Assembly (NCBI GenBank): GCA_965223505.1
Contig: CBDCWP010000010.1
Location: 32,001-96,000 of the forward strand
Reading direction: 5' to 3'
Length of the DNA: 64,000 nt
Source of the DNA: Planctomycetota bacterium
GTDB taxonomy: Bacteria; Planctomycetota; PLA2; JAEUHO01
How positions within the stretch are numbered: the first letter of the stretch is position 1; the number at the start of each line of letters is the position of its first letter. Position numbers and translations under genes: made by a program. Positions 22,362 to 35,062 of the stretch are shown piece after piece. The notes under the pieces were generated by a model that saw nothing but the letters and a program-made list of their open reading frames with translations, did not search any database and was not told where the DNA came from.

Positions 22362-22444
22362 CCCCCTGGCTCCCTGCGCTCGGGGTGGCGTGCTCGATGT
22401 AGCGAGATCTGTGTGCGTGCCGGGCGGAGGCGTGCCGGACCTTT

Positions 22445-22532
22445 CGCCCGCTGCCTTGGACTCGTCGCTTTTCTCCGCCAACCCCGCATCGACGGCGTTC
22501 TCGTCGCCGGAGTCCTGCTGCTTCGCGGAGTC
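22445..22532 (-). pseudogene. Degenerate copy of a thiC 3' end
   Basis: Reads DSAKQQDSGDENAVDAGLAEKSDESKAAG; aligns at nucleotide level with the copy at 24515-24642. Confidence 0.7.
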
Positions 22533-22550
22533 TGCCTCGGCCCCAGGTCC

Positions 22551-24359
22551 TCAGAGCAGCTCCAGGATGATCACGGTGGCGACGGCCATGGTGAGGCTCA
22601 TGCCGATTCCCACTCGGGCAAAGTCCTTGGTTCGATAGCCCCCGGGTCCCATGACCATGAGATTGCACTGATGGGCGAACGGGAGCATGAAGGCACAGCT
22701 CGTTCCGAAGGCGACGGCCATGAACGTCTTCGACAGGTCAAGGCCGGACATGCTGGACACCTGCCATGCAACCGGAGCAAGAATGACGGCTGCCGCTCCG
22801 TTGTTGCTGGTGGTGCTGAGCACGGCGCTGACGACGAACAAGGCCGCGAATACGCCGGAGGAACCGAGTGGCGATTTCAGCTGTACCAGGAACGTCGCCA
22901 TCTCACCCGCCACCCCGTGCTGCTCCAACGCCATCCCGAGGGGGACCGTACCGGCGATCAGGAACAGGATCCGGAAGTCCACGGAGCGGCGCGCGGCCTC
23001 CAGGGACACGCAGCCTGTCGCGAGCATCAGGAGGGCGCTTCCGATTGCGCTGAGCGCCAGCGGCAACCAGTTGACGAGTGGCGGGATCAGGGCGACGAGC
23101 AAGAGAGCAATCGCAAGTGGTGCTCTACGGACGTCCTCCGCTTGGGCGGCGTCGGTAAGCACGATGAAGCGCGGATCCTCGGACAGCTTGCGGAGGTCCG
23201 GGGCCGAACCGGAGACGAGGAAGGCATCACCCAGCTGGAGTGGTTCGTCGCCGAGATTGCCTGCGATGACCTGATCGCGGCGCATGATCGCAAGGGCGCT
23301 GAGGCCGAATTCGTTACGGAAGGAAAGGCTGCGAAAGGTCTCTCCGATGGCCTCCGACCGCGGCGGGAGCGTCGCTTCGCCCAACAGCACGCCCTGCTGG
23401 AGAAGGCGAGTCGTCACCGCGGGATCCGCGATCCCGAACTGCACAAGGGCTTCTTCCGCGAATCGCCACGCGTTCTCTTCGGCTCCGGCTACGTACAACT
23501 GATCATCGGGTTCGATACGCAGGTCAGGGTGGGGGTGAATCGACGTGCGCCGCCTGGTGCCTTTGGGTCTACGTACCAGCACGACCCTGAGGGACCAACG
23601 CCCGCCGATATCGGCTTCACGGAGCGATTGGCCGGCGATCTCCGACTCATCGGGAACGCGCATGCGATAGAGATTCTCGGGGAAGTTGTAAGCCTCGGCC
23701 AACTCCTCAGGAACCTGCGCGCGGCCTAGCCGCTCTTCGCTCGACTCTTTCGGTAGCATGCGTCTGCCGATGATGCTCATGTACGCGATGCATATCGCCG
23801 TTACTGGCGCGCCGACTTTCGCGAACATGAACATGTCTACGGGCGTGCCCAGCCGGCCGCGCAGGTCTTCGGCGAGGATGAGGTTCGGTGTCGTTCCGAT
23901 CACGGTGAGGGCGCCGCCGACGATGGCGGCGAAGGCGAGCGGCATCATCAGCCTCGACGCCGGGACCTCCGCGCGGCGTGCGAGCACTGCCACCGCCGGC
24001 AGGAAGACGGCCACCGTCGCCGCATTGGACATGAACGCCGAGAGCACGGCCACCGATGCCATGATCGCAACGATCAGACGCACCTCGCTTCGCCCGCCGA
24101 CGCGTTGCAGTCCGCGGGCCATGAGCGTGGCGACGCCGCTCTCCTTCAGGCCCGCGCCCATGACGAAGATCGCCCCGAGTGCGATGACCGCGGGGTTTCC
24201 GAATCCGACGAGGGCCTGGTCGGGGCTCTCGAGCGTGCCCGTCGCCGCAAGTACGACCGGAATGGCCAGGGCTGTCATCGCGAGGGGGATCGCCTCCGTG
24301 ATGAAGAGGACGACCGCGGCTACGAGCGTGCCAATGGCGATGAGTTCATGAATTCCCAC
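22551..24359 (-). CDS. SLC13/CitMHS-family permease with TrkA-C domains
   Basis: Multi-TM; SAFMSNAATVA, TVIGTTPNL, two soluble TrkA-C-like repeats, HQCNLMVMGPGGY. Confidence 0.9.
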   Translation of the reverse strand: MGIHELIAIGTLVAAVVLFITEAIPLAMTALAIPVVLAATGTLESPDQALVGFGNPAVIALGAIFVMGAGLKESGVATLMARGLQRVGGRSEVRLIVAIMASVAVLSAFMSNAATVAVFLPAVAVLARRAEVPASRLMMPLAFAAIVGGALTVIGTTPNLILAEDLRGRLGTPVDMFMFAKVGAPVTAICIAYMSIIGRRMLPKESSEERLGRAQVPEELAEAYNFPENLYRMRVPDESEIAGQSLREADIGGRWSLRVVLVRRPKGTRRRTSIHPHPDLRIEPDDQLYVAGAEENAWRFAEEALVQFGIADPAVTTRLLQQGVLLGEATLPPRSEAIGETFRSLSFRNEFGLSALAIMRRDQVIAGNLGDEPLQLGDAFLVSGSAPDLRKLSEDPRFIVLTDAAQAEDVRRAPLAIALLLVALIPPLVNWLPLALSAIGSALLMLATGCVSLEAARRSVDFRILFLIAGTVPLGMALEQHGVAGEMATFLVQLKSPLGSSGVFAALFVVSAVLSTTSNNGAAAVILAPVAWQVSSMSGLDLSKTFMAVAFGTSCAFMLPFAHQCNLMVMGPGGYRTKDFARVGIGMSLTMAVATVIILELL

Positions 24360-24422
24360 ATCGGAAGGGTACGCCTGACCCTCCAAGCGCAAGACTGTTG
24401 CGTACCCCCTTGATCGACACGC

Positions 24423-24462
24423 CGGCCTCGAACAGGTCGCGCGCTTGTCGAAGTCGAAGGGC
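24423..24462. repeat. 40-bp direct repeat of 19863-19902 (fragment of the menA1-like gene)
   Basis: cggcctcgaacaggtcg(a/c)gcgcttgtcgaagtcgaagggc, one mismatch. Confidence 0.85.
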
Positions 24463-24514
24463 CGCGGCTTTCTGCTAGAGATCGTAGAGCGACGCGGTTG
24501 GGCGGTGGCCGAAG

Positions 24515-24642
24515 CTACGAGTAGATCTCGCCGCCCGCTGCCTTGAACTCGTCGCTCTTTTCCACCAACCCGCTTCGACGGCTTCCTCGTCGTCGAGGCC
24601 CTGCTGTTTCGCGCAGTCGCGCACCTGCTGCGTGATCTCCAT
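24515..24642 (-). pseudogene. thiC 3'-end remnant
   Basis: [42 protein letters not shown]-stop (one frameshift) versus ThiC tail [15 protein letters not shown]...AGGEIYS. Confidence 0.85.
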
Positions 24643-24823
24643 GGCGTGTTCGGGCGGGCAGGTGCGGGTCATCGGCGGTAGACCCTTGGTCCATGCGAGG
24701 CGATGGAGAGGGTGTTTGTCCAGCCGCGAGCGTTTGCCCGAGTTTCCGGGTTGCTACATGGCGTCGCCCCTGGGCGGGCAAACCTCCGCCCGCTCTGCCT
24801 AGAATCCTCGCGGAGGACTCCGC

Positions 24824-27218
24824 ATGAGCCACGTGATCGGACCGCGCAGCATCATCGAGTGGGCCGAGAAGGCGCCCGAGGGCCTCGGCGGGGAGTTCAC
24901 CCCCTCCGAGGAACGTTTCGTCACGGAGGGCACGGTGGGACGCGGCGCGATGGGGGAGGTGTTGCTCGTCAGCGACCAGGACCTCAAGCGCCAGATCGCC
25001 ATGAAGGTGCTCCGTGAAGAATCGGCCGGGACCCGCGAGCATCGGCTGCACTTCCTCGCGGAAGCGCAGGCCACCAGCCAGCTCGAGCACCCCGGAATTC
25101 CCCCGGTCCACGACATCGGCCTGACCCCCGAAGGTCGGCTCTTCTTCACGATGAAGCTGGTCCAAGGACGCACCCTCGAGGAGGTGCTTCACGACCTCGT
25201 GCTCAAGCGCCGCGCGGTCCTGCGCGAGTACGACCTGCACCGGCTGGTGACGGTGCTCGAGCGCATCTGCGAGCCGCTCCACTTCGCCCACGAGAAGGGG
25301 GTCGTGCATCGCGACCTCAAGCCCGCCAACATCATGCTCGGTGACTTCGGCGAGGTGCACGTCATGGACTGGGGGGTCGCCAAGACGCTGGGGGAGAGCG
25401 ACGAAGAAGGAGCGCTCGAGCCCGTCGAGACGATGCGTACGGAAACGGGTCTCGAGACCCGGCACGGAACCGTCAAGGGGACGGTCCCCTACATGAGCCC
25501 CGAGCAGTTTCGGGGGCAGCCGCTCGATCGACGCAGCGACGTCTACGCGCTGGGCTGCCTGCTCTACGAGATGCTCACGCTCCAGATGGCCTTCGACCCG
25601 CACGATCGCGACCTCTTGCAAAAAAAGGTGAGCGGAACCGTCCCCGACGTGCGCACACGCAATCCGCGGCGCAAGGTGCCCGAGCCTCTGGCCGGAATCT
25701 GCGAGCGGGCCATGTCTGCCGACCCGAACGACCGGTACCAGACGGCCGACGCGCTCGCGCACGACCTTCGGGGCTGGCTCGACGGCACCTTGGAGGCGAC
25801 GCGGCGGCACGAGGAGGCCGAGCGCCTCGCGAGCGAGGGGCGGGACGCGGCAGATCGGTTCCGGACGCTGGAACACGAGATGCGCGAGGCCGAGACTACG
25901 CGCGACGAAACGGCCGAGCGGGGCGAAGCGTGGCGGCCGCTGGCGGAGCAGACACCCTGGCTCGAGGCGCGCGCGCGGGTGCGTGCGTTGGAGCGGGACA
26001 CCGCCATCGCCTTCGCCGACGCCACGCACCTGCTGAACGCCGCGCTCGTGCAGGAGGAGGACAACGCGTCGGCGCGCACGGCGCTAGCCGACCTGTGGAA
26101 GCACCGTCTCGACGATGCCGAGGCGCGAGGCGATCCGGCTGACGCTGCTCATGCGATTGCGATGGTCGAGCGTCACGACGACGGCCGGCTCGCGTCCTAC
26201 ATCGCGGGGCGCGGCAGCCTGACGCTCGGGTCGGAGCCTGTTGGCGCCGAGGTCTTCCTCTCGCGCTACGAAGACCGCGACGGCGTCCTCGTCGCCGAAG
26301 GAGAACGATCGATCGGCGTCGCGCCGATCGCTGGACACGCGCTCCCCATGGGCTCGTACCTGTGCGTCCTCAGGCACGAGGGGCTGCCGGACATTCGCTA
26401 CCCCGTGCAACATCGCGCGCAATCGGGAGTGGGAGGGAACGGTGCGCATGCCCGAGGCCGAGGAGGTCGGCGAGGGCTTCGTCCACGTTCCCGCCGGTCC
26501 CTTCATCTACGGGGAGGGCAAGACGAGGACGGAGATCGACCTGCCGGACTTCGCGATCCATCGGTTCCCGGTGACGTTCGGCGACTACCTCGAGTTCGTG
26601 GCCCACGTCGAGGCCGAAGAGGGACTCGAGGCCGCCACGGCGCGCGCGCCGCAGACGCCGGGAGACGGCCTGTACGTCGAGCGCACCGAGGCCCGGGTGT
26701 GGCGCACGCTGCCGGTGATCGTCGAGGGCGAGGCGTACGAGGCGTCGCTCGAGCGATTCGGGGAGGGGTTCCTCGAACGGATCCCCGTGATGGGGGTGTC
26801 GTTCGAAGATGCCGAGGCCTACTGCGCGTGGAAGACGAAGACCAGCGGCTGTACGTGGCGCTTGCCGAGCGAAGAGGAGCGCGAGAAGGCCGCGCGCGGC
26901 GTGGACGGGCGCACCTTCCCCTGGGGCGAGACCGAGCACGCGAGTCTCGGGAAGTGCCGAGAGTCGCGGCCGGAGAGAACGCAGCCCGAGCCCGTCGGCG
27001 CCTTCCCCACGGCAGCGTCGGTCTACGGCATGGGCGATGCCGCTGGCGGCATGTCGGACTGGACGACGTCGTGGCTCGATCACCGCGAGGTGCTGCGCGT
27101 GTTGCGCGGCGGCTCCTGGAACGCTCCACCGGCGAACTTGCGCTGCGCGTCTCGAAGCGGCGTCCAGCCATCGGTCCGCAGCTCGAACATCGGGTTTCGT
27201 TGCGCGAGGGACCTGTAG
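24824..27218 (+). CDS. Ser/Thr kinase + FGE-sulfatase fusion, paralog of 19986-22361; putative DGR target 2; one +1 frameshift near 26409
   Basis: Same architecture as paralog; RYPV continues as (H)IARNREWEG in the shifted frame (paralog RYPVHITRNHHWEG); TAGAAT -10 and GGAGG RBS. Confidence 0.88.
27091..27209 (+). repeat. DGR variable-repeat-like region VR2
   Basis: Matches 27303-27352 except at 4 adenines; co-linear with VR1. Confidence 0.8.
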
Positions 27219-27302
27219 CCCCCTGGCTCCCTGCGGCCTGTCCGGGGCCCCTGCGAGCACAGGCCCGCCCAAGGGTCGAGATACGGCACCGAAAGCGTTG
27301 GT

Positions 27303-27352
27303 TGCTGCGCGTGTTGCGCGGCGGCTCCTGGAACAATCCACCAGCGAACATG
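27303..27352 (+). repeat. Truncated DGR template-repeat-like fragment
   Basis: tgctgcgcgtgttgcgcggcggctcctggAACAATCCACCAGCGAACATG; intergenic, AAY-rich, differs from both VRs only at A. Confidence 0.75.
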
Positions 27353-27465
27353 TCCGTACACCACTCGGGTGGTGCCGCCTGCAGCCACCATCGACGATCG
27401 GTGTCGAGGGAGACACGGAACCGCGAGCCCACGGTACCGCCCGTGTGCGCTGCTATGCTCTCGGG

Positions 27466-29856
27466 ATGTGGCGACTCGCCCCCCTGCTGCTCCTCGGCGC
27501 GGCCTGCGGCGGCGGTAGCGACGCCACGCCGCTGCCGACGGCCGAGGTCCTTGCCGTTACCACCCCTCTCCCGGCCGCCGGCGGCGTGGAATTTGCTGTA
27601 ACCGGCACGAGCCTGCCCGGAGGCGTCGGGGAAACCGTCGGCGTGCTGTTTCGCGCTGTCGAAGGAAACCCGTTCCTGGGCTGCACCACAGACACCCTCG
27701 ACGCCGTGGGCACGATCGCCGAGGACGGCAGCGTGCAGGGCACCGCGCCCGTGACCGGACTCGCGGGTCCTGTCGATGCCTACGTCACGCTCGACTACGG
27801 CGCCGGCGTGGAGCTCACCTCCGCGGCACCGATCGCGCGGTTCGAAGGCGGCATGGATCCCGCGATCGACCAGGACCTCGACGGCGTCCACGACCGCTGC
27901 GATCCAAAGACCTACGACTTCGAGGACGATGTGCCGGGCGTGCGGCCATCGGGCATGACCCAGCTCGACGGGCTCGAGCCGGGCTTTGTCGTCGCAACGA
28001 TGGACGGCGAGCAGGTCGCGCGCTACGACGGCGCCGCTTCCACGGGCCTGCACGATCGCTTCGACCGGTTTCGGCAGGACCTCCCGCACCAGGACGTCAC
28101 CGCGTACATCGACTACGACAGCACACCGAGCCTCTGTTCGCTCGAGTTCTGGTCGGAGGGCTCGTACGCGGGGAACGCGGGCGCCGGCCTGATCCTGCAG
28201 GTGCGGAGCGGGCTCCTCTACTTCTTCCCCCGCATCTGGCGCAACGTCCCCCCGGTGGTAGGACCCGCGCTCCCCGCGAGCGGCCGCATTCGCGTGCGAC
28301 TCCGGAAGGAGGAAGGAACCCGCAGCACCATGTACGTGGACGCGTGGGTGTCGGGCGCGTGGACGCTCGATCACGCCGTGTTCCCGATTCCCGACGACCG
28401 CCCCTTCCGGGGGCTCGACACCGCGATGGCGGACTATGGTTTCGGTTCGCGTGGCGTGAAGCGCGTCACGCTCGTGCGCGAACCGCTCGCCGGTGCCCTG
28501 ACCATTGCCCGCGCCGCACACACCGTGGCCGACTGGAAGCTCTTCCAGCGCGATGCCGACGACCGGGCCGCGATTCCCCTGCCGGTGCACTACAACGCCA
28601 GCGAGCCCGTCGTCTTGCAGGCCCGCGTGGTCTCGAGCGAGACACGAAGCGTGCTTCCAGGACACGGGTTCGCCGACCACCGCCTGGATCTTCCGGCAGC
28701 AACCGGTGGTCGGGCGTCCCTCGAGCTTGCGGGTGTGCCGACCGGTGGCAACTACGACATCGAGGTCCTGCTCACGGCGGCGGACGACGGCGCCGTGCTT
28801 GCCTTCGATCGCGTCGAGGAGATTGCGGTCGGCGATCTGTGGCTTGCCATCGGCCAGAGCAACATGGCCGGCTACTCCGGCACGCTCGCCGGCGCCACGA
28901 CGCCCATTTCGCAGGCGCACCTCTACGGCAATGACGGGCGTTGGAAGCAGGCGACCGAGCCCATGGACGACGGTACCGACCAGCTCGACGCCGTCTCGCG
29001 CGAGTCGCCGCAACACAGCCTGATGCTGCCCTTCGCCAAGTACCTCTACGAGCAGACAGGCGTCCCCGTCGGCGTCATCCCGGCGCCGAAGGGCGGCACG
29101 TACCTCTACACCCAGTGGCAGCGCAAGCCCGACGACCCGGATCACCGCGCGACGCTCTACGGCTCCGCCCTACACCGGGCACTCGTCCAAGGCGGTCCAC
29201 CCTTGCGCGGCATCCTCTGGTACCAGGGCGAGGGGGACGCCATCGCAGGCCGCACGACGGCGCAGTACAGGGAGGATCTCGAGCGGCTCATCGCGCAGTA
29301 CCGGGCCGACCTGTCGGCACCCGAGGCGGTGTTCCTCTGCGTGCAGTTGGGGACGTGGTCGGCCGGCCGCTTTCCCCACTGGACGAACATCCAGGAGGCG
29401 CAGCGGCAGGTGTGCCGGGCAGACGCCCTCGCCGCCCTGGCGACGGTGAAGGACCAGCCGCACTCCGACGGCATCCACTACGCGGTCGCGGCCGCCCAGG
29501 AGCTCGGCATGCGCTTGGCGGACCAGGCCCGCGTGCTTGTGTTCGGCCACGCGATCGATCCCCTGACCGAACTCGTCGATGTCGTGGCGAGCCCAGACGG
29601 CATGGCGATCGAGTTGCACTACGACGCGCCCGTCTTCGGAGGCGCGGCGGCGCTCTACGCCGTGGCCGACGATACGGGAACCAACGCCGTGATCGGCGTG
29701 TCGGCCTCGGGCAGCACGGTCACGCTCGAGCTCACCCGCGCGCTCGATGCCGGCGCTCTCGTGCGCTACGGCATGGCGACCGGCTCGAACGTCGCTTGGG
29801 TCGAGGATGCCCAAGGCGTGCCCGTCCCGGCCCTTGCCGACGTCGCCGTCCGGTAG
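27466..29856 (+). CDS. Lipoprotein with sialate O-acetylesterase/SASA (SGNH) domain
   Basis: Lipobox LLLGAAC; GDLWLAIGQSNM, GILWYQGE, DGIH motifs; N-terminal beta-rich modules. Confidence 0.85.
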   Translation: MWRLAPLLLLGAACGGGSDATPLPTAEVLAVTTPLPAAGGVEFAVTGTSLPGGVGETVGVLFRAVEGNPFLGCTTDTLDAVGTIAEDGSVQGTAPVTGLAGPVDAYVTLDYGAGVELTSAAPIARFEGGMDPAIDQDLDGVHDRCDPKTYDFEDDVPGVRPSGMTQLDGLEPGFVVATMDGEQVARYDGAASTGLHDRFDRFRQDLPHQDVTAYIDYDSTPSLCSLEFWSEGSYAGNAGAGLILQVRSGLLYFFPRIWRNVPPVVGPALPASGRIRVRLRKEEGTRSTMYVDAWVSGAWTLDHAVFPIPDDRPFRGLDTAMADYGFGSRGVKRVTLVREPLAGALTIARAAHTVADWKLFQRDADDRAAIPLPVHYNASEPVVLQARVVSSETRSVLPGHGFADHRLDLPAATGGRASLELAGVPTGGNYDIEVLLTAADDGAVLAFDRVEEIAVGDLWLAIGQSNMAGYSGTLAGATTPISQAHLYGNDGRWKQATEPMDDGTDQLDAVSRESPQHSLMLPFAKYLYEQTGVPVGVIPAPKGGTYLYTQWQRKPDDPDHRATLYGSALHRALVQGGPPLRGILWYQGEGDAIAGRTTAQYREDLERLIAQYRADLSAPEAVFLCVQLGTWSAGRFPHWTNIQEAQRQVCRADALAALATVKDQPHSDGIHYAVAAAQELGMRLADQARVLVFGHAIDPLTELVDVVASPDGMAIELHYDAPVFGGAAALYAVADDTGTNAVIGVSASGSTVTLELTRALDAGALVRYGMATGSNVAWVEDAQGVPVPALADVAVR

Positions 29857-29910
29857 GCACGGCAAGGCAAGGCCGGTCCGGCTGCGAAGTGGCGCTGGCG
29901 CGGAGACGGG

Positions 29911-31866
<1,956 letters not shown>

Positions 31867-31891
31867 GGATCATACGCTGGCGAGCCACCCT

Positions 31892-32004
31892 GTGGGGGCA
31901 GCCCTTGTGGCTGCCCAACGAGGGAACATGACCAATTGGGCGACCACGAGGGTCGCCCCTACCACGGACGCGCGCGATTGGGCGACCACGAGGGTCGCCC
32001 CTAC
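31892..32004. repeat. REP doublet plus an extra REP
   Basis: GGGCAGCC/GGCTGCCC and two GGGCGACC/GGTCGCCC-CTAC units; last CTAC overlaps the RND gene stop. Confidence 0.9.
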
Positions 32005-35000
32005 TCGGCGCCGATCTCCGCCGGAATCTTGAAGAAGATCGCGTACAGCGTCGGCACCACGATCAGCGTCAGCACCGTCGCGAAGCCCAGACCCGCCATC
32101 ACCGTCACCGCCAACGAGTTGAAGAACACGTCCGGCAGCAAGGGGATCATCCCGAGCACGGTCGTGAACGCCGCCATGCCGACCGGCCGCAGACGCCCCA
32201 CACAGGAGTCGAGGACCGCCACGATCCGCTCCTTGCCGCTCGCGATCTGCATGTCCATCTCGTCCACCAGGACGACGGCGTTCTTGATCATCATGCCGAT
32301 CAGGCTCAACAGACCCAGCAGCGCCATGAAGCCGAACGGCGAGCCGGCGGCCAACAGCCCGCCCGTCACGCCGATCAACGCCAGCGGCACCGTCAGGAAG
32401 ATGACCATCGGCTGGCGCAGCGCGTTGAACAGCGCGAGCACGATCAACACCATCATCAGCAGCGTGATGGGCAGGTTGCCCGCGATCGCCGCCTGGGCGT
32501 CCCCCGAGTTCTCGTACTCGCCGCCCCACTCGAAGCCGTAGCCGGGCTTCATCTCCGCCTTCATCTTGGCTTCGATCTCGGGCATGATCCGCTTGAGCAA
32601 CGCGCTCGGCAGGCCGACCGACGCATTGCACTGCGGCGTGATGGTCGAGGCGCGGTTGAAACGCTGGATGATGTGGTCTTCCCACTCGGTCGTGAACTCC
32701 GGTGCGACCTGCACCAGCGGAATCGACTCGCGCGCCGCCGGGCTCCAGATCTGCACGTCGCGGATGCTGCCGACGTCGGAGCGCTCGTTCGCCGGCGCCC
32801 GCGCCTTGATGGGAATGAGGTCGTCCCCTTCGCGGTAGAGACCGACGTTGATGCCGCCGAATGTGCGTTGCAACGCGACGGCGACGTCGCGTCTCGTGAC
32901 ACCCGCACGCGCCGCGCGCGTGTCGTCGATCTGCGGCCGCAGCACCTTGGCCTGCTCGCGCCAATCGTGGCGGATGTCCCGCGCGTGCGGGTCGGCGGCC
33001 ATGATGTCCATGACCAGCCCGGCGAGCCGGCGCAGCTCCGCCGGATCCTGGCCGCGCAACCGCAGCTCGATGTCGGAGCCGCCGCCCGGCCCCAGCACGA
33101 ACGGCGCGCCGTACGCCAGTCCGTCGGGCAAGCTCGACGCCACGAAGGCCTCGATGTCGGCGATCATCCCGTCGATGCGTTCGTAGCCGTCCACCTTGAT
33201 GATCATCTGACCGTAAGCGGTGTTCGGTTGCTCCGGCGCGTACGTCAGCAGGAAGCGCATCGACCCCTGGCCGATCGTCGTCGCGACCGACTCCGTGCCG
33301 TCAAGATTGAGCACGAACTCCTCGAGCCGTGCCAGGTCGTCGGAGGTTCGACGGATGTCGGTTCCTTCCGGCAGCCAGTAGTCCACGGTGAACTGCGGCG
33401 TCGTCGAGCTCGGGAAGAAGCTCTGATCGACGAACTTGAAGCCGCGCATCGCGACCGCGAGCAAGAGCACCATCACGCCGACCGTGACCCAGCGCATCTT
33501 GATGCAGCCGTGGAGGAACGCGCGGTATCCGCGGAAGAACACGCCGCCGTAGGGGTCCTTGTCGTCGTCCGACTCGTCGGCTTTCAGGAGCGTGACGCAG
33601 AAGAGCGGCGTGACCGTGACCGCCAGCAGCCAGCTGAGCAGCAACGAGTACATGATCACCTGGTAGAGCGAGCGACAGAACTCGCCCGTGCTGTCCTGCG
33701 AGGCGCCCAGCGCGGCGAAGGCGAGGATCGCGACGAACGTCGCGCCCAGCAGCGGCCACATCGTCTGTTTCACGACGGCCGTCGCCGCCTCGACGCGCTC
33801 CATCCCCTTCGAGATGTTGATCATGATCCCTTCGGTGACCACGATCGCGTTGTCCACGAGCATGCCGAGCGCGATGATCAAGGCGCCCAGCGAGATGCGC
33901 TCGAGCGCGACGCCCTTCATCTTCATCAAGATGAACGTGGCCAGCACCGTCAGCAGGAGGATCGCGCCGATCAGCAGTCCGCTGCGCATGCCCATCGCGA
34001 AGACGAGCACGCCGATCACGATCGCGAGCGCCTGCAGAAGACTGATCAGGAATCCTTGGACCGCCGCGGTGACGCCGTCGGCCTGGAAATACACCACACC
34101 GGTCTCGATGCCGATGGGCGTGTCGGCCTGGAGCTCCCGCAGGCGCTTGCGGACCGACTGGCCGACGGTGACGACGTTGCCGCCTTGCACTGTCGAGACG
34201 CCGACGCCGATGGCGGACCGGCCGTTGAACCGCAGCATGCTCGCCGGCGGTGACTCGTAGCCGCGCGTGATCGTCGCGATGTCGCGCAAGTAGACCTGGC
34301 TGTCCGCCGCGATGCCCTGGATGCGCAGGTTGCCGATCGAGTCCACGGAGTCGAGTCCCTCGATCGGCAGGATGCGGATGTACTCGCGGCCGATGCGCAT
34401 CTCGCCCGAAGGCTGGATGACGTTCTTGCCTTCCAGGCTGGCGTAGATCTGCGACTCCGGCACGCCGAGCTGCTTCAGCCGGTCACGGCTGATCTCGACG
34501 TAAATGACCTCTTTCTGGACGCCGAAGAAGGTGACCTTGGCGACGTCGTCGAGGAGCAGCAGCTCTTTCTCGAGCATGTCGACGTGGTCCTTGAGGTCTT
34601 TGTAGCTGTAGCCGTCTCCGTGAACGGCAAGGTAGATGCCGAATACGTCCCCGAAGTCGTCGTTCACGATCGTCGGCCCGGCGCCGGGCGGCAGCTTGCC
34701 TTGCGCGTCGCCGACCTTGCGTCGCAGCTCGTCCCAGACCTGTGGGAGCGTCGACTGGTCGTACTTGTCCTGGATCGTCACCGTCAGGATCGAAAGGCCG
34801 GGTTGCGAGGTGGGACGTGACCTGGTCGATCTGGCCCAGCTGCTGGACCGCCTTCTCCATGACGTCGGTGACTTCCTCGGCGACCTCCTGGGCAGTCGCG
34901 CCCGGGTAGGAGGTGATCACCTTCGCGTCCTTGATCGTGAACTCGGGGTCTTCGAGACGACCGAGCGTCTCGTAGGCCTGCCAACCGCCGAAGACGATGC

Positions 35001-35058
35001 AGACCGTCAGAACCCAGGTCGTGGTTCGATGCTTGAGCGCGGCGCCGGCGAGATCCAT
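32001..35058 (-). CDS. RND efflux permease (AcrB family); +1 frameshift near 34813
   Basis: LGRLEDPEFTIK N-terminus, GMLVDNAIVV, RLRPVGM; removing one C joins the frames (QVTS-TSQPGLS). Confidence 0.9.
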
Positions 35059-35062
35059 GCGC

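Noticed and set aside
24824..27601. 925-aa ORF reading through the TR fragment as a real protein
   Set aside because: After about 26409 it is out of frame relative to the paralog; the homologous C-terminus is in the other frame and stops at 27218.
19675..29910. DGR reverse transcriptase or Avd gene in the locus
   Set aside because: No ORF with RT motifs (QG, YxDD in RT context) or a small helical Avd was recognisable; space after the TR fragment is only about 110 bp.
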